Assembly: GCA_902610065.1 (NCBI GenBank)
Contig: CACLUH010000002.1
Location: 32,649-96,648 of the forward strand
Length of the DNA: 64,000 bases
Source of the DNA: an uncultured SAR86 cluster bacterium
GTDB taxonomy: Bacteria > Pseudomonadota > Gammaproteobacteria > Magnimaribacterales > Magnimaribacteraceae
Reading direction: 5' to 3'
Below are positions 39,859 through 49,096 of the stretch, in pieces (the first letter of the stretch is position 1; every line of letters starts with the position of its first letter). The notes below the pieces were generated by a model, which saw nothing but the letters and a program-made list of their open reading frames with translations, ran no database searches and had not been told where the DNA came from. The position numbers and the translations under genes were made by a program.

Positions 39859-40926
39859 ATGACGAACGAAGAACGAATTAGAGCTGCTTGGCAAGGGAGA
39901 ATATCAGGTTGCTTGTTGGGGAAACCAGTAGAAATGATTTCTATGAGAGAAGGGCCCAAAGGCTTAAATACCTTTTTACAGGACTCAGGATCACTGCCTC
40001 TTAGAAACTATGTTAACTATATGGAGCATGAATTACTGAGGGGTGCTAATAAGCGATGTTGCTTAGGAATGATGGACAGAGCTGAAGTTGATGATGATAT
40101 TACTTATCTGGTATTAGCTTTAATGATGATGGAACAATATGGTTTAGATTTAACTACAGATGATGTTGCAAGATCATGGATTAACTTATTACCAGTCGGA
40201 GCCACATTTACTGCAGAAAGAGATTCGTATTTAAAGCTCATTGAAAAATCAAATATGGCATATCAATTTGGTGGACCGCGTAGCTTTGATTTAGAGGAAA
40301 TAAATGATGGTGAATATAATGACTGGATAGGAGCTCAGATCAGGATTGATATGTATGGATGGCTGCTACCAGGGAAGCCAAAATTAGCTGCAGACTTAGC
40401 AAGAAGAGACGCAATGCTATCGCATAGGTCCTGTGCTGTTGAGGCCTCAGCTTATATCGCTGCATTGTGTGCCTTAGTTCCCGTTTCTTCTTCAAGAGAA
40501 GATGCTGTTCAAGCCGCATTAGACCTAATTGAAAAAGATTCTCTTGCTTATGAGGCTGTTGAAGTAGGAATTAAGTACAAGAATGAACCTGCCTCTAATC
40601 TTCACGAATATTATGGAGATATGTCTCCTGTTCATAGCTTAAACAATTTAGCGGTAGTGGTGTGGGCATTTTTGTCATTTCAGGATTCATTTGATGAAGC
40701 AATCGGAGAAACCATCTGTTGTGGGTGGGATACAGATTGCACAGGTGCAACAGTAGGAGGATTGCTTGGCTTAGATATGGGAGCAATACCAGAATCATGG
40801 ACATCTCCATGGCAAGGTAGAGTACAAACAGCGATTGCCGGAGTTGGAGAACTCGATCTAGATAGCTTAGTTAAAAGAACATGTACCCTTGTCGATAAAT
40901 TTTCCTCTTTAGCTGACCTAGGTTAA
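39859..40926 (+). CDS. ADP-ribosylglycohydrolase family protein
   Basis: 'GCLLGKPVE', 'DDDITY', 'IGAQIR.D', 'GWDTDCTGATVG'. Confidence 0.88.
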   Translation: MTNEERIRAAWQGRISGCLLGKPVEMISMREGPKGLNTFLQDSGSLPLRNYVNYMEHELLRGANKRCCLGMMDRAEVDDDITYLVLALMMMEQYGLDLTTDDVARSWINLLPVGATFTAERDSYLKLIEKSNMAYQFGGPRSFDLEEINDGEYNDWIGAQIRIDMYGWLLPGKPKLAADLARRDAMLSHRSCAVEASAYIAALCALVPVSSSREDAVQAALDLIEKDSLAYEAVEVGIKYKNEPASNLHEYYGDMSPVHSLNNLAVVVWAFLSFQDSFDEAIGETICCGWDTDCTGATVGGLLGLDMGAIPESWTSPWQGRVQTAIAGVGELDLDSLVKRTCTLVDKFSSLADLG

Positions 40927-40931
40927 ATTTC

Positions 40932-41843
40932 ATGAAAAATCCGATTGCAGTCTTTGGCAGCATCAATATGGATTTAGTGGTTTATAGCTCTACTAAACCC
41001 AAAGATGGTGAAACAATTTTTGGAAAAACCTTTGAAACTTTTCTTGGAGGCAAGGGTGCCAACCAAGCAGTAGCCTGTTCAAGACTAGGTTCAAATGTGT
41101 CGTTCGTTGGGAAAGTCGGTAATGATCTATATGGTGAATTACTTAGAGAAAAACTTAACTCAGAAAATATTGATACAGAATTATTGGGACTGCATGATGG
41201 AGAATCCGGAGTGGCTTTAATTAATGTCGTCGAAAGTACCTCTCAAAATCAAATAATAGTTGTCCCGGGAGCAAATTCTCATACAAGATCCGAACAGATG
41301 AGTGATCAGGTGCTTTCATCTACGGATATCCTTATTTCTCAAATGGAAGTTGAATCCAGAGAAATTGAGAAACTATTCTTAAGGGCTAAAGAAAGAAATT
41401 GCTATCGTATATTAAATGTAGCGCCAGCTTTGACATTGAGTAACTCCCTTTTTTCTGAGACTGATTTATTTGTAGTTAATGAAATTGAGTTAGAGTCTCT
41501 AACAAAAAAATCTATTCAAATGGATTGCTTGGATTCAATCAAAGAAAGTATTGAATCCATGAGTTTAAATAATCAACAATCTATAGTCGTTACTCTTGGA
41601 TCAAATGGAGTCTATATCTATCAAAATAATCAATATGAGTTTATCGAGAGTCATAAAGTTGATGCCATTGATACAACTGGATCGGGAGATTGTTTTATTG
41701 GAGCATTAGCAAGCTGCCTGTCTGAGAAGCATGATTTATTAGAGGCCGCTGTCTTTGCTAATAAAGCTGCTGCTATTTCTGTGACAAAGAAAGGTGCATC
41801 GTCTTCTATGCCAACTACCCAAGAAGTCTTAAAGTTTGGATAA
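40932..41843 (+). CDS. rbsK: Ribokinase
   Basis: 'GSINMD', 'GGKGANQA', 'NEIE', 'DTTGSGDCF', 'GASSSMP'. Confidence 0.92.
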   Translation: MKNPIAVFGSINMDLVVYSSTKPKDGETIFGKTFETFLGGKGANQAVACSRLGSNVSFVGKVGNDLYGELLREKLNSENIDTELLGLHDGESGVALINVVESTSQNQIIVVPGANSHTRSEQMSDQVLSSTDILISQMEVESREIEKLFLRAKERNCYRILNVAPALTLSNSLFSETDLFVVNEIELESLTKKSIQMDCLDSIKESIESMSLNNQQSIVVTLGSNGVYIYQNNQYEFIESHKVDAIDTTGSGDCFIGALASCLSEKHDLLEAAVFANKAAAISVTKKGASSSMPTTQEVLKFG

Positions 41844-41844
41844 A

Positions 41845-42825
41845 TTATAGTTCTACCAAAAAATCTATTACCCTCTCCTTAAATAAGGAATTAAAAGCTT
41901 CAACATCTAAATCTAAAGCAACTTCAGAGTTGGGCTTAGGTTTGAAGATCTGTCCCATGATAGATTCATTGAATTCGCTAACTGTCTGTCCATCAGTAAA
42001 TTCACCTTTAGTTTCTACAGATACATATGCTTCTTTGAAATCTGCTATTTCAGGCATAAACGAGAGGGCAACTGCTAATGAGTCATATAAATGAAGTCCT
42101 TGATCAATTATTTCTTTATTTGGATTTATTTTTAACCATGGATCTACTGATTTCTGCACAAATTGACAAAAAGGATGTTCATTTTCTCCAATTAAATTCA
42201 ACTGCTCTCTGCCAAATCTAGTTTTATGACATACGTCTAGTGGAACCATTCTTATTGGAATGCCAGAGCCAAAGACTCGAGCGGCTGATTCAGGATCAGC
42301 CCATACATTAAACTCTGCAGCTGGCGTAACATTTCCTTGCACAGTTGACGCTCCAGCCATCATGGTTATTTTATTTATGTGAGTTGGCAATTCAGTTTCT
42401 AAGTCTAAAGCTTGAGCGATATTAGTTAGAGGGCCTATAGTCACAAGCTCAATATCACCAGAATTTTCTTTTGCTGTTTCGGCAATAAAAGCTGGAGCAC
42501 CTTTCTTATCGTTTTCAATTGGTAGTATTGGAGTCAATTGTTCCATTTCCTCTCTTTGGCCAAGCCATTTTCTTTTTTCATTTCTATCCTGACTATATGT
42601 TCCAGGTTTTCCAGTGTGAACAGGTATATCTCTTCCAAGCTGCTCAACTAAATAGGTAGCATTGCTAAAACCTCTCTCTACAGGTACATTTCCTTGCACG
42701 GTTGTGATGCCAAGTATTTCAAGTTCTGGCGAATTCATCGCAAGCATAATTGCAAAACAATCTTCTGGATCACCACCCTTTGTTCCCATTGCTGGATCAG
42801 TATCAATTATTATTTTCTTTTTCAT
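41845..42825 (-). CDS. Nucleoside hydrolase (IU-NH family)
   Basis: 'IIDTDP', 'ITTVQGN', 'GPLTNIA', 'GNVTPAAEFN.WADPE', 'PLDV'. Confidence 0.88.
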   Translation of the reverse strand: MKKKIIIDTDPAMGTKGGDPEDCFAIMLAMNSPELEILGITTVQGNVPVERGFSNATYLVEQLGRDIPVHTGKPGTYSQDRNEKRKWLGQREEMEQLTPILPIENDKKGAPAFIAETAKENSGDIELVTIGPLTNIAQALDLETELPTHINKITMMAGASTVQGNVTPAAEFNVWADPESAARVFGSGIPIRMVPLDVCHKTRFGREQLNLIGENEHPFCQFVQKSVDPWLKINPNKEIIDQGLHLYDSLAVALSFMPEIADFKEAYVSVETKGEFTDGQTVSEFNESIMGQIFKPKPNSEVALDLDVEAFNSLFKERVIDFLVEL

Positions 42826-42867
42826 ATTTCGTGATATGTTAACTCTTTAAATAAGTAATAGGGAGAA

Positions 42868-44421
42868 ATGCTTATGAGACCAGTTGTCGAAACTAAAAGC
42901 GGACCAGTAGAAGGTTTAATTGAAGAATTTAATGGAATTAAGGGCTACAGTTTCAGAGGTATACCTTACGCTGCTGATACTTCAGGTAACAACAGATGGC
43001 GTGCCCCTCAGGATGTTGAATCATGGCAGGAAAATTTTGATGCCAGTTCATTTGGACCACAATGTCCTCAATTTAGAAGAGGAGAGGGGGGATTTAGAGA
43101 TTCGATTGCAAATGCATACGAAATTGAATTACCTGAAGAGGAACCGCCGCAAGAATCAGAAGATTGTTTAAGACTGAATATCTATTCAGGAGATTTAAAT
43201 CCCAAAGAAAAGTTACCCGTTATGTTTTGGATTCATGGCGGTGCTTTAAGATTCGGATCTGGAGATAATTATTTACCAGATGGAATACTTTCGAAAGGAA
43301 AAATACTCGTAACTATAAATTATAGATTAGGAGAATTAGGTTTCTTTGCTCATCCATCAATAAATAATAACGAAGAAGAATTTAAAACTAATTTCGGCTT
43401 ACTAGATCAAATTAAGGCTTTGCATTGGGTGAGAGAAAATATAGAAAAATTTGGCGGTGATCCGTCTAATATCACTATATTTGGAGAATCTGCTGGAGGT
43501 TTTTCAGTTGCAGCACTTTTAGTATCTCCTGTATCAAAAGGTCTATTTCACAAAGCAATTGTTCAAAGTGGTGGTTTTTCAAGAATGGCTCTCCATTCAT
43601 CTGAAAAATCGAGTAATGGTTTTTCTGCTGCTGATCTCGGATCAAGATTCGGAGAATTTTGTGGAATCCCAAATAGTGATGATCAGTTAAAGCTGATGAG
43701 AGAATTAACTATAGACAAGATAATTGAGGTGGGAAAAATTGGATTTTCTTCTTCATTTTTCGTTGATGATAAAACCGTTCTCGCCCCTGTGATGAAGAGT
43801 TTTGAAGAAGGTTTAAATCATAAAGTCCCAACAATTATTGGGACCAATGCGGATGAAGGGACGGCACTTTACTGGGGAAGTCCTTTGGCAGATGTCGCAC
43901 CTCCTGTTAATTCAATCGAAAAATATAAGCTAGTTATTTTGGATAAATTTGAAGAAAAAGCTGAAAAAATTCTTTCTATCTATCCAGCCTCTGATAAAGA
44001 AGAGATGATCAAATCAAGCAAGAGATTATTGGGAGACTCTTTGTTTGGAGCACCTTCTTTTTTCGCCTCTAAATTTATGGCCGAACGATCTGAAGATATT
44101 TATTTTTATCATTTTAATCAGAAACCCTCAGGTAAAGCTGGAGAAATATTAGGATCTTTCCATGCCTATGAAATAAGCTATGTCTTCGGAGTTGGAGGCT
44201 TAGGCATTATAGAAAATCAAGAGCTATCAGACATTATGCTTTCTTATTGGACAAATTTTGCTGAATCAGGAAATCCAAATTCAGAAGAGCTACCAGAATG
44301 GGAAAAATTATTACCTGGTGAAAATAAGTGGCAGGTACTGGGATCTGAAGTAGGAAAAAAAGATATTGATAGGATAGAGATCTACGATTTACTTCAAGAT
44401 TTTGAATTCAAGGGCATTTAA
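42868..44421 (+). CDS. Carboxylesterase type B
   Basis: 'RGIPYA', 'SEDCL.LN', 'WIHGG', 'NYRLG', 'FGESAG', 'FHAYE'. Confidence 0.93.
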   Translation: MLMRPVVETKSGPVEGLIEEFNGIKGYSFRGIPYAADTSGNNRWRAPQDVESWQENFDASSFGPQCPQFRRGEGGFRDSIANAYEIELPEEEPPQESEDCLRLNIYSGDLNPKEKLPVMFWIHGGALRFGSGDNYLPDGILSKGKILVTINYRLGELGFFAHPSINNNEEEFKTNFGLLDQIKALHWVRENIEKFGGDPSNITIFGESAGGFSVAALLVSPVSKGLFHKAIVQSGGFSRMALHSSEKSSNGFSAADLGSRFGEFCGIPNSDDQLKLMRELTIDKIIEVGKIGFSSSFFVDDKTVLAPVMKSFEEGLNHKVPTIIGTNADEGTALYWGSPLADVAPPVNSIEKYKLVILDKFEEKAEKILSIYPASDKEEMIKSSKRLLGDSLFGAPSFFASKFMAERSEDIYFYHFNQKPSGKAGEILGSFHAYEISYVFGVGGLGIIENQELSDIMLSYWTNFAESGNPNSEELPEWEKLLPGENKWQVLGSEVGKKDIDRIEIYDLLQDFEFKGI

Positions 44422-45197
44422 GCCCGTCTTATAGAAAGGCCACCATCCACAGGCAAATAAACGCCATTAATATAGGATGAAGAGGGGAGGCATAGATTTA
44501 GAGTGGCATGTGCAACCTCTTCAGGTTCACCATATCTTTTTAGACCAACCCTTCTTCTGGCATAGATTTCTTTGTCTTTAGTATCTATAGCTGCGGTCAT
44601 GTTCGTATTGATAGGACCAGGACAAATACAGTTTACTGTTATACCTTTTGGACCTAATTCAAGTGCTAGGGAGCGTGTTAAACCTATTACCCCATGTTTG
44701 GCTGCCGTATAAGGGCTATGAAATGGTGATGCACCAAAACCTTCGGTAGAGGATATATTTACTATTCTTCCATTGTCAGATTCAAGAAGGTATGGAAGTG
44801 AGGCTCTAATTAATCTTACTTGACCTGTAAGTACTACATTTAAAGTATCATCCCAATAATTTTCAAAATTTTCATCATCTACAGAAGTGACAGAAGATAT
44901 CCCTGCATTATTAATTACGAAATCAATGGTTTTATATGTCTCGATGGTTGCATCTACACATTTATTTATTGAAGCGTTATCGGTTACATCCAATAGAAAG
45001 GGCATACATTCTCCGCCACTTTTTATTATTTCTGATGAAACTCTATTTACTTCCTCTTGATTTACATCGGTAGCAATAACCTTAACTCCCTCTGCTGCAA
45101 AAACTTTAGCTGTTGCCTCACCCATGCCGCTTCCTGCACCTGTAATGATTGCAACTCTTCCTTTGACCGATCTAGAAAGTTTTTTGAAGATTTTCAT
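44418..45197 (-). CDS. Short-chain dehydrogenase/reductase
   Basis: 'TGAGSGMG', 'NNAG', 'YTAAK', 'VDGG'. Confidence 0.93.
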   Translation of the reverse strand: MKIFKKLSRSVKGRVAIITGAGSGMGEATAKVFAAEGVKVIATDVNQEEVNRVSSEIIKSGGECMPFLLDVTDNASINKCVDATIETYKTIDFVINNAGISSVTSVDDENFENYWDDTLNVVLTGQVRLIRASLPYLLESDNGRIVNISSTEGFGASPFHSPYTAAKHGVIGLTRSLALELGPKGITVNCICPGPINTNMTAAIDTKDKEIYARRRVGLKRYGEPEEVAHATLNLCLPSSSYINGVYLPVDGGLSIRRA

Positions 45198-45266
45198 ATT
45201 TAAATGTTTGAGTTATTTGACTACTTATAAGATTATACGTTCCCAGATAAATTAAAAGGAAAAACT

Positions 45267-45959
45267 ATGACGGATCAAACAGCAACTTTAACGCAGGATG
45301 GAGATGTTTCAATTATTACTTTAGATGACGGAAAGGCCAATGTTTTTTCAACCAATATGAGTAATACAATCAATTCTCTTCTAGATTCAGTTCCTGATGA
45401 CAAAGGTTCTTTATTAATAACCGGTCGCGAAGGTTTATTTTCTGCTGGTTTTGACTTGAAAACTATTTCAGGAGGAGATCCCAAGGCTGCACTCGAAATG
45501 ACACAGGCGGGTTTTAGGCTTTTATGCAGAATTTACAACTTTCCAAGGCCTGTAATAGCGGCTTCTAGCGGTCATGCAATAGCGTTAGGTGCTTTCCTTT
45601 TGTGCTGTGCTGATTACAGAGTTGGAGCATCGGGTCAATTCTTAGTACAAGCGAATGAGACTCGAAATGGTATGTCGATTCCAACTCCAATTTTAGAAAT
45701 TTCTAAGTCAAGGATTCTCAAGAATCATTGGTATAGAGCAATCTTAAATGCTGAAGCTTATCCCATAGCTGATTCTGTGAGTGCTGGCTATCTAGATGAA
45801 GTTGTAGAGCCGGAAGAACTCATGACAAAAGCCCTTGAAGTTGCTAAAGACTTAGCTACCTTGAGTCACCCTCACTATAAACTTACAAAAGATCTTGATC
45901 AAAAAGATGTAGTCAAAAGAATAAATGACTCTATCGAAGAGATGGCTAATCCTTTCTAA
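45267..45959 (+). CDS. Crotonase / enoyl-CoA hydratase family protein
   Basis: 'LDDGKAN', 'FSAGFDL', 'GHAIALG', 'ANE'. Confidence 0.9.
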   Translation: MTDQTATLTQDGDVSIITLDDGKANVFSTNMSNTINSLLDSVPDDKGSLLITGREGLFSAGFDLKTISGGDPKAALEMTQAGFRLLCRIYNFPRPVIAASSGHAIALGAFLLCCADYRVGASGQFLVQANETRNGMSIPTPILEISKSRILKNHWYRAILNAEAYPIADSVSAGYLDEVVEPEELMTKALEVAKDLATLSHPHYKLTKDLDQKDVVKRINDSIEEMANPF

Positions 45960-46015
45960 ATTGAAAAAAAAACTTACTTAGTACTAAGTTTTTGGTAATC
46001 TACGCATCCCTAAGT

Positions 46016-46091
46016 GGGGCCATAGCTCAGCTGGGAGAGCGCATCCCTTGCACGGATGAGGTCGTCGGTTCGATCCCGACTGGCTCCACCA
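46016..46091 (+). tRNA. tRNA-Ala (TGC)
   Basis: Cloverleaf with G3:U70 pair, anticodon loop CTTGCAC, T-loop TTCGATC, encoded CCA. Confidence 0.98.
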
Positions 46092-46130
46092 TTTTCTTTT
46101 AAATCTTCTAATTTCTGCTTTAATGATTGC

Positions 46131-46589
46131 ATGAAAACTTTTCTTCTATTAATCATCGCAGCTATTCCTTTATTAATAACAGCTAATATCCCTGTTGAAA
46201 AAAAGATAGATTTTATTATTGAGAAGCAAATAACCAAAGACACTACTAACGAAATTAAAGAAATTACCATTTTAACGTTAGAGGAATTTGGTATTGATCT
46301 TTCTTCCTTAGAAGGTTTTGACAATTATTTTGATCTTTTTATTGCTGAGTACCTTGAAGAAATGAAAATAGAAATAAAAGAGTTGTACCTTGATACATTC
46401 TCTGAAGAGGAGGTTTCTGCTTATTATCAATTTATTAGTCAAGATGCAGGTTCTTCATTTCTTGCAAAACAGGTCTTGATAACTTCTGACACTTTAGATA
46501 TTAGCCTTAAGGTTAGTCAAAGAATGATGAATCGGCTGAATAATAGGCTCATCCGAGACTACCCTGAACTTTTTGAAGATCTTTATTGA
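46131..46589 (+). CDS. DUF2059-like exported protein
   Basis: Signal peptide begins at ATG 46131 (the track start overlaps the tRNA); 'LY..TFSEEEV..YY.F..S..G' pattern. Confidence 0.65.
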   Translation: MKTFLLLIIAAIPLLITANIPVEKKIDFIIEKQITKDTTNEIKEITILTLEEFGIDLSSLEGFDNYFDLFIAEYLEEMKIEIKELYLDTFSEEEVSAYYQFISQDAGSSFLAKQVLITSDTLDISLKVSQRMMNRLNNRLIRDYPELFEDLY

Positions 46590-46699
46590 TATTTGATATC
46601 CCTTACTTTTAATGCTTATGGAGGAAGTTAAACTTAGTGAGAAGGTGATTCTAATTCTTCACGAGAAGCTCCACTATTTATTTAAACTCTAGCTATATT

Positions 46700-47194
46700 T
46701 TGAAAAATTCAATCTCGTTAATAGGAATGGCAGGTGCAGGGAAGACCTCTGTAGGAAAAGCCTTATCCTCACAGATTGGTTATAAATTTTTGGACACGGA
46801 CAAAATAATAGAAAATCTTTATGGAAAGTCTAAAGATATTATATATTTTGAAGGTCAAGATAGGTTTAGGGCTATTGAAGAAGAAGTATTGCTTTCAACA
46901 AAATTTAATGAAACTCTGTTAGCCACTGGGGGTAGTGCAGTTTTTTCTCATTTAGCTATGAAATTTATAAGAGAAAAATCTTATGTTATTTATCTAGAGG
47001 TTAATTTTGAAACAATTTTGGATAGAGTTTCGGATTTTAAACAAAGAGGTTTCATTAAAGACCCAAATCAAACTATCGCAGATGCTTATAAGAAAAGAGT
47101 AATATTATATAAACATTACTCTGACCATACTGTTACAAATAACAGAGATATAGAGGATTGTGTTCATAAGATACTGACTAAATTGAAACTGTAA
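46700..47194 (+). CDS. aroK: Shikimate kinase
   Basis: 'LIGMAGAGKT', 'DTD', 'FRAIEE', 'ATGGS'; TTG start. Confidence 0.85.
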   Translation: MKNSISLIGMAGAGKTSVGKALSSQIGYKFLDTDKIIENLYGKSKDIIYFEGQDRFRAIEEEVLLSTKFNETLLATGGSAVFSHLAMKFIREKSYVIYLEVNFETILDRVSDFKQRGFIKDPNQTIADAYKKRVILYKHYSDHTVTNNRDIEDCVHKILTKLKL

Positions 47195-47347
47195 AACAAT
47201 TGAAGAATCTATTTCTAAATCAGAAACACTAGTCATTAAATCAATTATAAAGGCAGTAAAGTAATTATTTTAAGATTAGATTAATGAATTGTTGTATTTA
47301 ATTAAAAGTTCAATAATATTATCGCTTTCAACCAAAAAGGAAACTTA

Positions 47348-48127
47348 ATGAAAAATATATTAAAAATAATGATAGTACCGTTTTTTGCTGCAATGCTACT
47401 ACCAGTAGCTGGTGATGATCATATGGAAGCTACTAGCTTCTTCCCTGTCGAATTCTATCACGGCTGTGAATTTTCAAGAGGAAAGGATGTTACCGATTTA
47501 GAGGACCCCATTGCTGATTGGAATAAATTTGAAGACGAATCAGGAAATGACAGTTATTCTGCTTGGGTTTTAACTCCTATATTCCATTCCAATGTTAACC
47601 TAAATGGTGAAACAGCTATATGGATGGGTACTTGGAATAGCTGGTCTAACATGGGCAGTGAATTGAATAACTATTTTTCTAATGCAATAGAAGAAGCAGA
47701 AGGCTTTAATAAAGTTTGGGATTGTTCCAATCATTCCTTAACCGCATTATATGTAGTCAGGTCAAATCCTACTCCAAATAATGATAGCGGTGTCCTTTCT
47801 TTTCAGAGCTGTACAATTAACGAAGGTAAAAATTTGACTGATCTTGTTGAGGCTGACGCTAAATGGAATGCTTTTTCAGATTCATCTGGATTTTCAGGTG
47901 GAGTCTACAGGTTATTTCCAACGGCTGGTATTGTTGAAGAAGATGACGACAAAGACTTTTGGCAAATGACAGCTGTAAGTTCATTAGAAGAATGGGGAGC
48001 TAATGCTCAAAAGTATGTTGATAATAATGGAGGAGTTGCACAAGCATCTATATACGGAGATGTAGTTAGTTGTGAAGACCAAGAAATTTATCAAGCTTCA
48101 AATAAAAGACGCGCGTCAAGCAATTAA
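47348..48127 (+). CDS. Secreted hypothetical protein with an internal duplication
   Basis: Signal peptide; two repeats 'C.F..GK..TDL......WN.F ... C'. Confidence 0.75.
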   Translation: MKNILKIMIVPFFAAMLLPVAGDDHMEATSFFPVEFYHGCEFSRGKDVTDLEDPIADWNKFEDESGNDSYSAWVLTPIFHSNVNLNGETAIWMGTWNSWSNMGSELNNYFSNAIEEAEGFNKVWDCSNHSLTALYVVRSNPTPNNDSGVLSFQSCTINEGKNLTDLVEADAKWNAFSDSSGFSGGVYRLFPTAGIVEEDDDKDFWQMTAVSSLEEWGANAQKYVDNNGGVAQASIYGDVVSCEDQEIYQASNKRRASSN

Positions 48128-48136
48128 TATTAATCT

Positions 48137-48163
48137 TTGATGGGCAGAGTTTCTGCCCATCAA
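48137..48163 (+). terminator. Hairpin terminator candidate
   Basis: Perfect 12-bp stem TTGATGGGCAGA/TCTGCCCATCAA 10 nt after the stop; weak U-tract. Confidence 0.65.
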
Positions 48164-48269
48164 TTCCTGACTCATAAAAAAATTTTCTAGAATATTATTA
48201 AAAGAGAACTTTCTACTCCTTTTTTTATACTGATATACTCCTGTTTCAATATTATTTGGAGAAAATTAG

Positions 48270-49085
48270 ATGACCCAAACGTCATATGTCTTGAACTATT
48301 GGAATATACCTGGTCGTGGAGAAAGCATAAGAGTGATCTTAGCCCTTGGCGGGATCGAGTTTGAAAATAATTTCGTACCCTTACCTCTACCTCTAGAAAA
48401 TCCTGAGAATCAAAATCCTCCCCCTTTTGATGACGGCACTTGGGGCAAACTTAAACCACAAACTCCTTGGGGTACACTGCCAACTCTACTCTTGCCCTCA
48501 GGTGAAATTATTGGTCAACAAAGAGCAATTCTTAGATATCTAGGTAAATTGATTAAGTTTGAAGGAAATTACCTATATCCAGAAGAGCCCGAAGCTTCGG
48601 CAAGAGCGGATGGATTTATGGATATGATGGAAGATATCTGGCCTATTTTGATTGGTCTAAATGGAACAGATTCTATGGAAACGGCGCCCTTATACTCAAC
48701 AATGTTAGGTCAAGGTACTTTAGATGACTTCCTAAATCCTAGAATGGAAAAAGGAAGTGGGGAACTCGCAACTCTATTTGATTTTTTAGAAAATGCCATT
48801 AGCGATGAAGGTCCATACTTATTGGGCTCTAATCCTTCATGTGCTGATATTCTTCTTTTTGCCGCTATCTCTTGGTGGGGCGCAGCAGTTTTTCCAAATA
48901 TGGACAAAATATTAGAGGGCAGGCCAAAAATCGAAAAATCTATCAGAGCAGTAGGGACTATAAAGGCGATTTCTGATTACTACAGCAGTTTAAAAGCTAG
49001 CAGAGATTCTATGCCTATAGTGGGTTCAACTAACTATGCTAGTTATTACAAGAATTATCATTTGTTGTGCGGATTGAATGAATAG
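48270..49085 (+). CDS. Glutathione S-transferase (sigma-class-like)
   Basis: 'YWNIPGRGESIR', 'W..LKP.TPWGTLP.L', 'QQRAILRYLG', 'SCADI'. Confidence 0.8.
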   Translation: MTQTSYVLNYWNIPGRGESIRVILALGGIEFENNFVPLPLPLENPENQNPPPFDDGTWGKLKPQTPWGTLPTLLLPSGEIIGQQRAILRYLGKLIKFEGNYLYPEEPEASARADGFMDMMEDIWPILIGLNGTDSMETAPLYSTMLGQGTLDDFLNPRMEKGSGELATLFDFLENAISDEGPYLLGSNPSCADILLFAAISWWGAAVFPNMDKILEGRPKIEKSIRAVGTIKAISDYYSSLKASRDSMPIVGSTNYASYYKNYHLLCGLNE

Positions 49086-49096
49086 TCCATATTAGA

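Noticed and set aside
39859-40926. ADP-ribosylglycohydrolase as part of a toxin-antitoxin, anti-phage or DraT/DraG system
   Set aside because: No ADP-ribosyltransferase or nif genes nearby; the ribokinase and nucleoside hydrolase context favours metabolism
45976-45989. Perfect 14-bp palindrome ACTTAGTACTAAGT upstream of tRNA-Ala
   Set aside because: AT-rich single copy; explained as a weak terminator or promoter spacer; no second copy to suggest an att or operator site
46010-46324. 104-aa minus ORF and the 46056 extended start
   Set aside because: Both overlap tRNA-Ala; the real gene starts at 46131 with a signal peptide
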